Shown here one piece after another: positions 40,434-53,038 of a DNA stretch of 64,000 nt. A model generated the notes under the pieces. That model did not search any database, was not told the DNA's origin, and saw nothing but the letters and a program-made list of their open reading frames with translations. The stretch comes from Glaucostegus cemiculus (taxonomy: Eukaryota). Position 1 is the first letter of the stretch, and each line of letters begins with the position of its first letter. Location of the stretch: the NCBI GenBank assembly GCA_976551045.1, contig CDPCPM010000005.1, positions 20,832,001 through 20,896,000 of the forward strand, written 5' to 3'. The position numbers were made by a program, and so were the translations under genes.

Positions 40434-41304
40434 AGCAGAGTGTTTTTCTGTTCCCATATCTTTTGTTGTATCCAGTGCTCTGAGCTATTCTTGATATCAA
40501 ATTGGGCTGAAGGCTGGCCCCTGTGCTGGTGGGGATCTCATAGAAGCCAAGATAAACTGTCCATTCAGCACTTCTGGCTATTTGTGAATGCTTTAGCCTC
40601 ACATGCTGGACTCCACCATCACTGAGGATGGGAACAGTTTTAGATCATCCTTCTCCCATAATCTATTTAATTACCTACACATTCATGACTCGATTGGTAA
40701 GATGGCAGGGCTGTGATCTGATTCATTCTCTGATTCTACAGAAGGATATCAGCCTTGGTTTACTGCTTCAGAATGGGCTGTAAGCTCTGAAAGTACTTTG
40801 TGGCCATGGCCCTTGTTTATTAAGTACTACAGATTGGAAAAGGCTTCAATTTCCTCCCATCCTACAACTGTCTTCCATAGACACATGCCTACACACCCAA
40901 CCACAGCTCCCAGCTGTAAACCTGCTCATGCTCTGAGCTCCTGACAATGCCCTGCCCCAGCGCCTCTTTTTCGAGCAACAATCTAACACCACACTCTCAG
41001 TTCTGAGGACATCCCCGCCATGATCCAGTTCCGGCTTCCCTGCTGTCAGTCCGGGCCATGCTCTGAAATGCCACTCCTGGTCTTGGGAGCAAACTGCCCC
41101 TGCCCCCACCACATCCTGCTGGTCCTGGTTGTGGCCTTGACCACATTCAGTGCCTTGCATCCAGTTTCTGCCATGTTCTGGCTTGTAACTTCCAGTCCCG
41201 GCAAGTTCCTGGCTATGCTCTGACACACCCTACCCACCCTCCCTGCCAAATCTGTCTTTTTACTTCCAAAGTTCCCATCAACTCTCTCCAGACTTTACCA
41301 CACA

Positions 41305-41660
41305 CTTATAGTTGAGAGCAAATTACTGTGGACAACTAAGCTACAGATCCACACATCTTTGGGATGTGTTGCCTGCTTGGGAACTGGAGCAGCAGGGGGA
41401 AACCCACACACTCACAAGGAGAACGTGACAATTCCACACTGACAGCATTGGTGACACAAGAGAATGCAGATGCTGGAATATGGAGCAAAAACCAAACTGA
41501 TGCAGGGTCAGGCAGCATCTGTAGAGGGAAATGGATAGTTGACATTTTGGGTAGAGACCCTTCATCCAGTCTGGAGATTCCACACTGACAGTATCGGTGG
41601 TCAGGACTGAACATGGGTCACTGGAGCTGTGAGGCGGTAACTCTAATAACTGTGCTTCCT
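41305..41660 (-). mobile_element. HE1-type V-SINE interrupted by a 123-bp Penelope-terminal insertion
   Basis: Reverse complement: gcctcacagctccagtgacccatgttcagtcctgacc (tRNA head) ... ttctccttgtgagtgtgtgggtttccccc...cacatcccaaagatgtgt (V-domain). Insert at 41454-41576. Confidence 0.85.
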
Positions 41661-42979
41661 GCACTGGAGCCAAACTTCTGTCGCTTGTGCCAATTTCATT
41701 CACCTCCTTATTCTCTATCTTCCCTAGCAACTGGCTCTCTTGGAAACATTTTATTACAACTGGAATATTTCAACACACTTGAATTCCATCTTAACTAACA
41801 AATACTGTGTTACTTTTTAGTGCTGTTTACTGAAGTGAAAATACACCTGCTACTCCATTCTTAGAAAACATTAGTTGGACAAGTCTGCATCAACATCTGC
41901 TTATGCTATCCCGGATTCTTATCTGCACACATACCAATAGAAATAGGTATACAGGGGAGGGCAGTTAACAGGCTAGAGCAGTCAATGAGTGAAGTACCAA
42001 GCAGTAATGAGAATGAAGACCTGGGATTGCAAGAGGGATAGTGCTTCTCCTCTTCGGAGAATAAAGCAATGGCCACATAGACCACAGAGATTCATGATCT
42101 CACATGCAATGAATGAGCATAGTTTCAGGAGGCATAGTTGAGAGAGTTGGAAGGAGTTCAGCTCTCTCATCTGCAATGCATTGAAATAAATTTCCCATGA
42201 CCTGCAGAATATTCTGAAGAGTGAAAGCCTGTGAAATATATTTAGCATCAACACACCAGAAACAGCTCCTGAGGATACTCTGGGCTGCTGTTACTTCTGC
42301 TTTTAATGTTAGGAATGGAGAAGAGTAGGATAGGGAGCTTGAACAATGTACAGACCTTTCAAGATATAGTTGGGACATTTATTCTGTAATGAGACTGACC
42401 AATTGCACTTCTGAGCCTATCCAGAACCAAAAGGACTGCAGAATTGAGCAAAGGTGCTGTGGGTGTCTCAGGAGATGGCACTCTCTGCTTCCTTTAAACT
42501 TCCTCCTGTGCCCATACATGAAGCAGCTCAGCCTGGCATCCATCCTCTATTACTATCTGTCGATCCTACCAGTTTACTTTATTCCACACAAAACATACCA
42601 AGGTCAAACTACAAGTTTCGAGCAGTCCACCAGTACATTTGTGAATTATCAGAGTAAGCCTGGCAACTTTAGAAGCAAAAGAACTACCACAGATCCTACA
42701 CCTCTGTAGCCCAAAAAGGAGATTTCTTTTTCCAACTTCAGTGTTTTGAGTTGCAGTAATCAGATCAGTAAATTTGCTGAAAGGGTCATGAAAATGTATG
42801 CACTGCCTCCTGTTTCTCGGAACCATGCTACACCCAGGCCATCTATAAGTCTTGTGAAACGAGCAGTAAATATGCAAGAACACAGGAAAAATTAGTCAAT
42901 CACTGCAGCAGTGGACGTGGTTGAATTAGTTGTAGGACCTTGGAGACCATAAGAATTGACTAAGCTGATACTCACGATG

Positions 42980-43330
42980 AGGGATTTACCCATGAGAAAA
43001 GGGGGCTCTTTTCATTGGAGCGAAGAAAGTAATGAGGAAATCTATTAGAGATGTCAAAATTATGAAGTATTTTGGGAAGGTGAAAAGGGAAAGAATATTT
43101 CCTCTGGCTGGAAAGTCAGTGACAAGGGGTCATCAATTTAAAACAAAGAGTGGAGAGCGGGTCATCTGAGAGAGAAAAAGGAGACAGCTTGTAGAAATTT
43201 TGTTACTCAGAGTTGTTGCAACATGGTGTGTTTTACTATTGAGAGCTTTTGACTCAGACCACTGTATCACTTATGCATTTAATTATTTGAAGCAGAGGAA
43301 GAGAGAGGCTGTTTAAAGAGAAGGGCAATG
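42980..43330 (+). mobile_element. Degenerate CR1 3' fragment
   Basis: gggctcttttcattggagcgaagaa...aatctattagag..tcaaaattatgaag...acaaggggtcatcaatttaaa (GLFSLE.R..RG.LIE..KIM..TRGH..K). Confidence 0.65.
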
Positions 43331-43782
43331 AGAGAAGCTTTGGATTGTTCTAGCTAAAAGCAAGAAAACAAATTGGATGGATTTTCTGTAAGTTATAAAT
43401 GTTAATAGTTATATGATTTTTATCTTGGGAACAAGCTTCTACAGTTGTGGTACAGCACTACCAAAATATCAACACTCTCCATGGAAACCCTGCAAGTGTG
43501 GGAACAGTCACTTAGATGCGATAGGTTAGTGATTAGATGACATATAAAATACTTCAAACATGCAATTCAAGATCTACAGTCTGAATTTCTTGATCAAATA
43601 GTATTCTGGTACATTTGGATCACAGGTACCAATCTTTGTCAATTGTTAGCAGTGCTGTTTTTGTATACCCAATGTAATTTTTGTTATATATCAGATGCCA
43701 TGTGTGTAATCAGACTATAAATATTTGGATAGGAGATCAACTGTAAAAGCAACACAGAATAACTTACTGTAATCAACTTTTA

Positions 43783-44299
43783 TTTTGGTCACATTTGGAG
43801 CACCGTGTGCACTTTTGGTCATTGTACCAAAGGGAGAATGTGGAGGCTTTAGAGAAGGGGCTGAAGACGTTTACTAGGATGTTGCCTGGATTGGAGTGTA
43901 ACAGACTTTGATTGTTTCCTTTGGAACGTTGAAGGCTGAGGGGTGGCCTGATAGAAGTGAATTCAAGGGTAGATAGTCAGAGTCTTTTAACCAGGACGGA
44001 AACGTTAAATAGTAGAGGACATGGGTTTCAGATGTGAATGGGAAAGTTTACAGGAGGTTTATTGCATTTGTTTTACTTTGCACCAAGTAGTAGGTACCTG
44101 GAATGTACTGCCAGGAGAGGTGGTAGAAGTAAATATGAGAGCAGTGTTTAAGAGGCATGTAGACAGACACATGAACAGGCAGGGAATAGAAGGATATGGA
44201 CTATCTGCAGGCAGATGGGATTAGTTTGGATTGGCATATTGGTTGGCACAGACATGGTGGCCAAAGGGCTTATTCTTGTGTTGTACTGTTCTATGTTCT
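43783..44299 (+). mobile_element. CR1 LINE 3' fragment
   Basis: HLEHRVHFWS..., ORF VVGTWNVLPGEVVEVNMRAVFKRHVDRHMNRQGIEGYG, tail tgtactgttctatgttct. Confidence 0.9.
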
Positions 44300-45789
44300 G
44301 GGTGATTAATATGAAGCATATGCTTTTTATTCTGTGGTTATATGACTCCATGACATGTTATACATTTCCTTTGACTTCAATGTGTCGACAGTGTGATTTT
44401 AAATGTGTGTGTTTTACATGCTCACCCAGTCAGTTAGTTCCACTTATTCTGTTCGTACATGGCATAAGTTGGTTACACTATACATTATGCAGAATAAGAT
44501 AATGGTTCAATAAACAAATACGGATGTAATATGAGCAAGTAAGGCAGAGAATGCTTCAGAAGATGCTTTGAGCCACATTATTATTTACATATGGAAGCAG
44601 AATTATTAATATGCAGCTCATGCATTTAATTAGATAAGCACTTGATGCAGAAGGCTTCATCATATTCCTACAGCTATATCCCTTTGTTCTTTGCCCATTC
44701 CTTGCTACACTACTGATTCATTGTTGGTTTTATCCTTTTATCTAATTAGATCTTTGTATAACAAAGTTGTGAAATATATACCACACAAGTATTCCTGGAG
44801 GATGATGAAAGGAATCTATATATTAAAGTGCCTTTTGAGTTGTTAAAACAATTTAACATTATCAGCAGTATGATTAAAACCAATTATGTTGATTGCGTAG
44901 GACTGAATACCTGTATTTTCAGGTCTGTCCATGTGTGCCACTAACTTGGATGGAAAAGAATAGCCTTTGATCTCCCAAAGAGCTATCCTTCCAGCTTATG
45001 TCGGATAAAACGGGCATTGGTTGATCTATGCAAAATGAATACATTGTCACTTACTTGATAACTGAGCTCTATCCTTTGGTGCTGGTAGTAAGTTGCAAGC
45101 TATACATTGGTACAAAAGAATTCCTTTTATTTAATTTCAGTGTGGGCCTTTGGATATCCCTTTTACAGTGTTCACAGTGTACAACAGTTAACTGCTGTGC
45201 ATTCAGAAATGCATTCAGGAAAAGTGTGCTTATGGATAAAAATAATTACTGGGGCTTCCTTGTATCAGTGACATGCTTAACTATAGTTCAGAAAATTTGC
45301 AGGTAGAGAAAGAGGACATGCGAGACCACAAGGGGTATTATAGAGCAGACAATAAAAAGATGATTTTAAAAATGATTCTCTCAATATGCTGAAAGTAACA
45401 AAATCAGTTTTAAGACTGACTCTACTTGTCCACTGTACGCCAAATTCTTCAACAGAGCTTTACAGATGGAGTTTTAAGTTTGGCTGGATTATGCTTGTGT
45501 TCACTGATTACACTGTTTCTGTGAATGCACTTATCTTTGCAGTCTCGTGAGTTCATGGCTGTTCCACAAGGCAGAGAAGGCTGTGAGCATTGACTAGACT
45601 TCAGATGATGGATTCTGACATGGCACCCCACCCCCAACACCTGCCATGGTCTTTGGACAGCTCACTGTTGTCAAAGGCCTTTGGATATTTAAAGAGTTCA
45701 ACGGGATTTAAATACATTATTAAAGCAATCTGAATTTTTTGTAAAAATAACTTTACATGCTGAAAATTAAAACATAAGATTAATAACAT

Positions 45790-46705
45790 TAGAACATAGA
45801 ATATAAAACAGCATTAGAACAGACTCTTCAGCCCATGATATGTGCCAAAGCCTTTAACAAATTACACTAAATCTCGTCTACCTGAACATGATCTATACCC
45901 CTCCATTCCCTGCATATTCATGTGCCTATCTAAATGCCACTTTCGTATCTGCTTTCACCACTACCCTGGGTAGCCCATTCTAGGCACCTGCCCCTCTATG
46001 TAAATAAAAAAAAAATGCCCCACATATCTTTTAAACTTTCATCCTTTCAAAGCTATGCCCTCTAGTATTTGACATTTCTATCCCAAGAAACAGATTTTGA
46101 CTGTCTACCCTATCTGTGTGTCTCATAATTTTACAAACTTCTATTGGGTCTACCCTCATCCTCCTACTTTCCAGAGAAAACAATTCAAGTAGCCCAACCT
46201 CTCCTCATAGCTCATACCCTCTAATCCAGGCAACATCCTGGTGAACCTCTTGTGTACCCTTTCTAAAGCCTCCACGTCCTCCTCGCAATGGGGCAACCAG
46301 AATTGCACACAATACTCCAAGTGTGTCCAAAGCAAAGTTTTGTATAACTGCAACACTACTTCCTGACTCTTGCACTCAATGCCCTCACCAGTGAAGGCAA
46401 ACATAGCATCCACTGCCTTTACCACCCTATCTACTTGTGTTGCCAGTTTCAGGGAATTATGGGCTTGGACCTCAAGATCCCTCTGTATATCAGTGCTGTT
46501 AAGGGTCCTGCTGCTAACTGTATACTTTCCCTTTACATTTGACTCTCTAAGTACAACACCTCACATGTGCCCATATTAAAATCTGTCATTTCTCTGTCCA
46601 TATCTGTAACTGATCTAAAATTCTGCTGTATCCTTTGACAACTTAACTGTCCAGAACTCTGTCAATCTTTGTGTTGTCTGTGACCTTACTAACCCACCCA
46701 ACCAC
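45790..46705 (-). mobile_element. CR1 LINE RT C-terminal region and tail
   Basis: ORF 46156-46425: ..GIECKSQEVVLQLYKTLLWTHLEYCVQFWLPH..EDVEALERVHKRFTRMLPGLEGMSYEERL. Confidence 0.95.
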
Positions 46706-46774
46706 ATGAAAATAAAATATACCTGCACTTTCAGTCAAGGTTTGTGACCCTATTCACTCTACAAATGTCAGTCA

Positions 46775-47167
<393 letters not shown>

Positions 47168-49194
47168 TTATTAGCTGGGACAAAACACTGCTGCCTGTCT
47201 CCATATAAACACAAAACCTGCATGATCTAACCCTGAATCAAAACACCCACAATGAAGATGTAGCTGCATAATAAAGCTACCAATCTTGTTTATATCAAAA
47301 CATAATTATGCTTTTGGACAACTGCTCAGCAGCCAAACTGCATCATAAATTGTTACCAGAATGAATAATATAAAAGGAATGCTTTTTAATTTTCAAAACT
47401 GGCAATCTTTCTAGCTCCACATAAAATCAGGCAGCACTGCTTTGACAGGCAAATGCTGGAGATTAATTATCTATAGGGATTACAATACAGTTGCTGAGAT
47501 TTCAATTGGCCACTAATACTTCACTGTCAGCATCGCATTCATTAAGGCACAAACGGGCAAAAACTGAAATGAATCTTTTAGATAGACCTCCAATTGAACC
47601 TGAAGACCCCATGAGCACCCAAGGTACAGGCTTAGCTGAGAGCTTTGCTTCAGTAATTTTGCAAAGAATTGATTATCTGTTATACTGCATTGAGATATCT
47701 ACACTATTGATCACAGAGATTAAGGTACTCAGGCATCTTTTATTTTCTCATAGAAAGACATGCTATACTTGCAACAAATAGCACTAAGTAAGGACTAGTT
47801 TGTTATTGTTGTCACTCTTCATGTAGAACATACCAGTTACTTTTTAATTTAAAATCAATGACAGTCTGAAAGGCAGCCTTGTTCCATCAGCATAAATGAA
47901 CCATTTGTCTTTCTAAGGAGTACCATTTTGATCACCGACCAAGGTGAGAGTGAACCATATATATTTTAATAACAAGAAATGTTTCAAAATCGCATGCATC
48001 AAGAGTTATTTGCTGATTAAAAGGGAGCTAGAAACAAGGCAATTCAAATGAGAAAAGTGCAGCATGTGTGAATGTGACTTTTGTTCACAAATAAATGTCA
48101 GTATATATTTTTTTAAATGGCTGGAGTGATGTGCACCATTTTACATATCCATGCATATTTTTTATATACATCGAATAATATTTACCTTTAATCACCATCA
48201 GTAAAATGTATGGAAATTTCATTTACTACAAAGTTAACAAAAAACTGCTTAATACTTTTTCCCAATAATTTATTTGTCTTTAATTTAGTATTTAACAAGC
48301 CCTCATCATTTGAGCATATATAATTACAACATTTTACTATGTCAATATTTAAAATATCACAACACCTCTGGTTTAAAATGTTTCACTTAATATACAAATC
48401 AAAGAGGGAAACTATGTGTTTATTAATACATCTATATGCATCAATGGAAGATGTGAGATTTTCAGGATATCATTTATATTAGCTGACATTCAAATTCACA
48501 CAATACTGATCTATAGGTATGCTGAACAAGTATGTTGTGGTAAAGGAAGGTGTTTTTATGGATGACTGAAAGGCTACATATGTCATGTCTTTGGAGTTTA
48601 ATATGTACACTTGCATAACATTTTATAATTATGAAAAGGGAGCATTGTATTAAGTCATATGATCATAATCAGTCTCAAAATATTAAGTCGGGTCCTTGCA
48701 CTTGACAAAGCCCATGGGAAGGTCTGAAAATCTGCCTTTTTAAAATTGGTCTTCTGATGCTTGTCCCCTTTTTATTGTGTATATCCGCCTGTCAATCTTT
48801 GTCAAAGCTCACAGTCTCAATATTTATCATTCAGCGTATCGCAACTCCAACAATTGGAAACGCTATGCATGGAGATGTAGGAAGGTCTGCTTAGGGCTGT
48901 CAATGGAGTGGAGGGGAGTATAATTAACTACCAGTAGACTATTTAAAGTAAGCCTCCTTTCCTCATAATGGAAGGTGAGCAAAAAGTTATTGGAAGGAGC
49001 TATTTTATTCAGAGGATTATTGAACTCTTGGCTCAACATGCCTTTGTTGGCTCAAGAGCACAGCTATCCAACTAACCCTGCTTTCTCCACAGCCCTGCAG
49101 TTTTTTCCCCTTCAAATACTTACTCAATTTCCTTTTGGAAATCACAACTGGCTCTGCTTCAACTATCCTTTCAGATGGTATATTTCTATGCGAG

Positions 49195-49960
49195 TATTCA
49201 GTAGCCTGAACTAATGATCCAGTGAGATGAGTTCAAATCCCATCATGGCATGTGGAGATGTAAATAGAGGAAATAAATTCTGAATTTAAAACAGAACTTG
49301 TGGTGGTAGTAGTGACCATGACAACTTCCAAATTGTTGTATAATGCTAGCTAGATCATTTATGTCCTGGGAAAGAAAAAACAAATTGCTGAGGGAACTCA
49401 GCAGGTCAGGCAACATCTGTGGAGGCAGAAGGATAGTCAATGTTTTGGGTCAAGACCCTGCCCCAGGATTGAGCATGTAGAGGATAGATGGCCAGTATAA
49501 AGAGGTGTGTGAGAGGCAGGAGATGAGTAGAACCAGGTGAGGAGGGGGATGATGGACAGGTGCAGCCAGATAGGGGAAGGGGAGGGTGGAGGTAGGGACA
49601 AATGCTGGAAGATAATAAGTGGAGGCAACAAAGGGCTACAGATTCTGTAAAATGATAAGGAAGGTGCAAACAGACAAGGGAGGGATGATGGGCAGTGGGA
49701 GAGGGGATTGGTGACCTAGTGGGTTAAGTGTGTGGGTTATAGGCAGAGGAGAAACAAACTGGGTAATGGGGGGATGGGGAGGTTTGGAATGAGGAGGAGG
49801 TGAGATAACCTGAGTGGATCAGTATGAACTAGAAAGAAACACAGTATCTGTAGTCTCCTGTGATTTCATCATCTATCCTTGCCTAGTTTGACCCACATTC
49901 AATGTTGTGGTTGATTCCTAACTGCTCTTTGCTTCAGGGACAATTTAGACTGGCCGATAA
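49195..49960 (+). mobile_element. tRNA-derived SINE split by a minus-strand Penelope-like terminus (49372-49850)
   Basis: SINE head gagttcaaatcccatcatggca...agtgaccatgacaact, resuming after 49860 (gacccacattcaatgttgtggttgattcctaactgc). The insert has ggaactcagcaggtcaggcaacatctgtggagg followed by a purine-rich tract. Confidence 0.8.
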
Positions 49961-51624
49961 TTTGGTGCATTTGGCTTGGGAACAAATAGATAAAAATTGG
50001 CAACAATTGTTGCTTCTGATTCCTTGTATAATCACCTTAAAGTTGTGCTTTCTGGTGATAAACAACTCTGCCAGTTTCCCCTTTTTAGTTCCTCAAAATT
50101 GTGCACAACACTGAGCAACTTCTGCGAGAAATTGTTTGGTCTCTCACATAATTAGGTCCCTCATCTCTGTATCATTCTGGTAAATCCCTTCTGCATTTAC
50201 TTGATACTCTTCTGGAAGAACTGATCACAAATCTAGAGGGCTGGGGACTAATGTTTAGAAAACACTAATCTCCTTGCAAAAGGTGCCACTTTCTTTTTGT
50301 CAGGTTTCTCACTTGCTTGCCACCTTCTACATAACTCCTAATGATCTTTGTTCCTCTTAAAATCCTACCACTTATTTTATATTACCTTTCCCTTATTAAT
50401 CCTACCCAAAAGCATCATCTCACACTTCCTGCATCAAACTTCATTTGCTATGTATGCAAAGATGATTAGGATACTTCACAGTGTCATTCATGAATAGCTT
50501 AAATCCCCTTTAATTCAGGTGATTTCTGGGATTTGGATAGAGTAAGTTGTAAACAGCATTGCTAGTAATGAGCATTGCATCAGTAGCAACTTTTGGAGTT
50601 CCATGTTTAAACTACCCTTGTGAAAACATCGCAAGATTGCCATCAGCTTTATGGAGTAACAGGAGCAACTGCTGATAGCTTTGCTGTCTTTACTAAGACA
50701 AACAATTCAGAAAATTACATCCAGTGTACCACCAAAGTATCTGCTTAACTCAAGTTCTGAGAGGAGCAAATTCCAGAAAGTGTCATGCTAAGCTATAGGC
50801 TAAACACTTATTTGAAGCAATTAAAATTCCTGGAAATATTTTGCTTCATTGGTAGATCCAACACTAATTAGTGGAGACAATCAAAGACTGATAATTTGAT
50901 GATTTCATTTACTGGCCATGGCAATGTTAAATGTTCACTTTCAAAATACTGTTTCACAATGAAATAAGAATTCTTAGCACCACATGAAAATTATGTGACG
51001 TATCAAAAATAGTTATTGGCTTGATGTACTTGTGCAAATAAGATATTAAGGGTTGGCATTAATTGACTGCATCATATTTGCAGCATTTTCTCTTTTAAGC
51101 AGTAATAGAATTCATATTATTAAAGAAATAATAATTTCATAATTTGAAAGCTTCAAGAGATGAAGCTAGTGACATTTTTCAAAGTAAAAATAACTGACAT
51201 TTCATACAATCTAATGACACCTTTGGAATACTTGCAGCTCCAGTGGCCACCTGGGTTATTTTTGGCTTACAAATCTAACACTGTAGCAAATCTAAATATT
51301 GAATACTACTTAATTAAAGCAATAACTCAAAGTAGTTTTTCTTCAAATAATTATGACATCAGTTATGGCCACATTTACTTTGTTCAAATGTCGTACAAGG
51401 AACTTGCATTTACAATTTCACCCTTCATGAGACTGGCTGTAGTGCACTCTGGGACATGCCAATGTTTTCTTTACAAAAAATAACAGTGCACAATGTCTTT
51501 CAATTGTTAAGTTCATACCAGATATTCATGGTAGTTTCCTGTTTGGCACTTTTGTTTTGTAGAGGAAGTCCCTCACAAATGATTTCAGAGCACAACTTCA
51601 TTAGTAGATTAATGTGAACAGATG

Positions 51625-53038
51625 AGTGGCACTGATTGTTGGCAAACAGAGGAATGAGGTTTGGCTCTGAGATGGGCACACTTTTGCAGTTACCGTGACA
51701 TCCTTGTTGGATTTTGGGTCTGTTCAGTTGGCGTATTAATGACAGGAGGATTGGCAGTCGGAAAGACTCCCAGGACTGTTACATGGATGCGCCTGCCAGG
51801 GCAAAGGAGAAATGTATTACTTGGAAGAGAGCTGCGGACACAGCGCAGCGCATCACGGACACCAGCCTCCCTTCCTTGGACTTTGTCTTTACCTCTCGTT
51901 GTCTTAGTGAAGCAGCCAGCATAATCAAAGACCCCACCCACCCAGAACATTCTCTCTTCTCTCCTCTTCCATCAGGTAGAAGATACAGGTGCTTGAGGGC
52001 ATGTACCACCAGACTAAAGGACAGCTTCTACCCCACTGATAAGGCTATTGAATGGTTTCCTTATACAAATGAGGGGGACTATGACCTCACGATCTACTTG
52101 TTGAGACCTTGCACCTTATTGCACTGCACTTTCTCTGTATCTGTGACACTTTACTCTGTACTGGTAGTTTTTACCTGTACTACATCAATGCACTTTGTAC
52201 TAACTCAATGTAACTGCATTGTGTAATGAACCGACTTGTATGATCAGTTTGTAAGACAAGCTTTTCACTGTACCTCGATAGAAGTGACAATGATATACCA
52301 ATACCAACCTGCCTCCATAACAAAGTCAACAGATCAAGATGACGCATTAAGGTTATGCTGCAACACACAACTCTTGTGATTGATGAGGGAAGACCATGCA
52401 ACAATATTTGGTCTGTTCACATCTCAAGGATGATCTGATCACGTCAATGGAAAAATCTGACTGGACACGAGTTCAGAGTAGGAGTAGGTCACTCGCTCCC
52501 TCAAACTATTGTCATTTAATAAGATAACAGCTGATCTGATAGTAACCTCCTCTCCACATTCCTGCCTACCTGTTTTTCCCATTGCTGACCAAAAATGTAT
52601 TTACCTTTGTCATAAAAACATTCAACAATTCTGCTTCCATTTCCCTTTAAGGAAGAGAGTTCTAAAGACTCATGACTTTTTGAGAAAACAAAAACTTTAG
52701 CTCATCTCAGTGCCTCTTACTTCTCAAAGAATCACAAGAGTTGTGTGTTGCAGCATAACCTCAGTGTATCATCTTGATCTGTTGACTTTGTTATGGAGGC
52801 AGTTGAGGACCTTTTCAAGTAGTGTATTTTCCCTATGCCCTGGCTGGCATCTGGTGGGATAGTCCATGTAACAGTCCCAGGGGTCTTTTCAACTGCCAGT
52901 CCTCCAATCATTATTCATCCTTTAAATATATACCAACTGGACAGAGCAAAATCCAAAAAGGATGTCACGGTAACCGTAAAACTGTGCCCATCTCAGATCC
53001 AACTTTCATTTTTCTATCTGCCAACAATCAGTGGCACT
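51625..53038. repeat. ~300-bp inverted duplication: left arm 51625-51828 plus 52309-52381, right arm 52730-53038
   Basis: The reverse complement of 52730-53038 aligns to the left arm once the Rex1 insert is removed; the proximal 73 bp match at 69/73. Confidence 0.92.
51826..52308 (+). mobile_element. Rex1/Babar-clade non-LTR retrotransposon 3' fragment
   Basis: ORF segment RAADTAQRITDTSLPSLDFVFTSRCLSEAASIIKDPTHPEHSLFSPLPSGRRYRCLRACTTRLKDSFYP; tail ttttcactgtacc...gtgacaat..(ccaata)n. Confidence 0.9.

Larger units (their letters stand above)
38935..40720 (-). mobile_element. CR1/L2-group LINE relic interrupted by a CR1 (39345-39946) and a Penelope-terminal insertion (40304-40433)
   Basis: Reversed tail (atttattgtccatccctaattgctcttg) at the left. 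The LINE resumes at ~39950 (gatgccactcagtcaaatgctgc) after the CR1, and resumes again after 40443. Confidence 0.75.

Noticed and set aside
42100-42378. CFWCVDAKYI/GFHS text reminiscent of a Harbinger transposase
   Set aside because: Motif spacing is wrong, there are no TIRs, and the similarity is at chance level.
48195-48315. Possible intronic C/D snoRNA (minus-strand ATGATGA...CTGA)
   Set aside because: No terminal stem or recognisable guide sequence; an AT-rich chance match.
51714-52226. 170-aa ORF
   Set aside because: A chimaera of the inverted-repeat arm and the Rex1 C-terminus, not a host gene.
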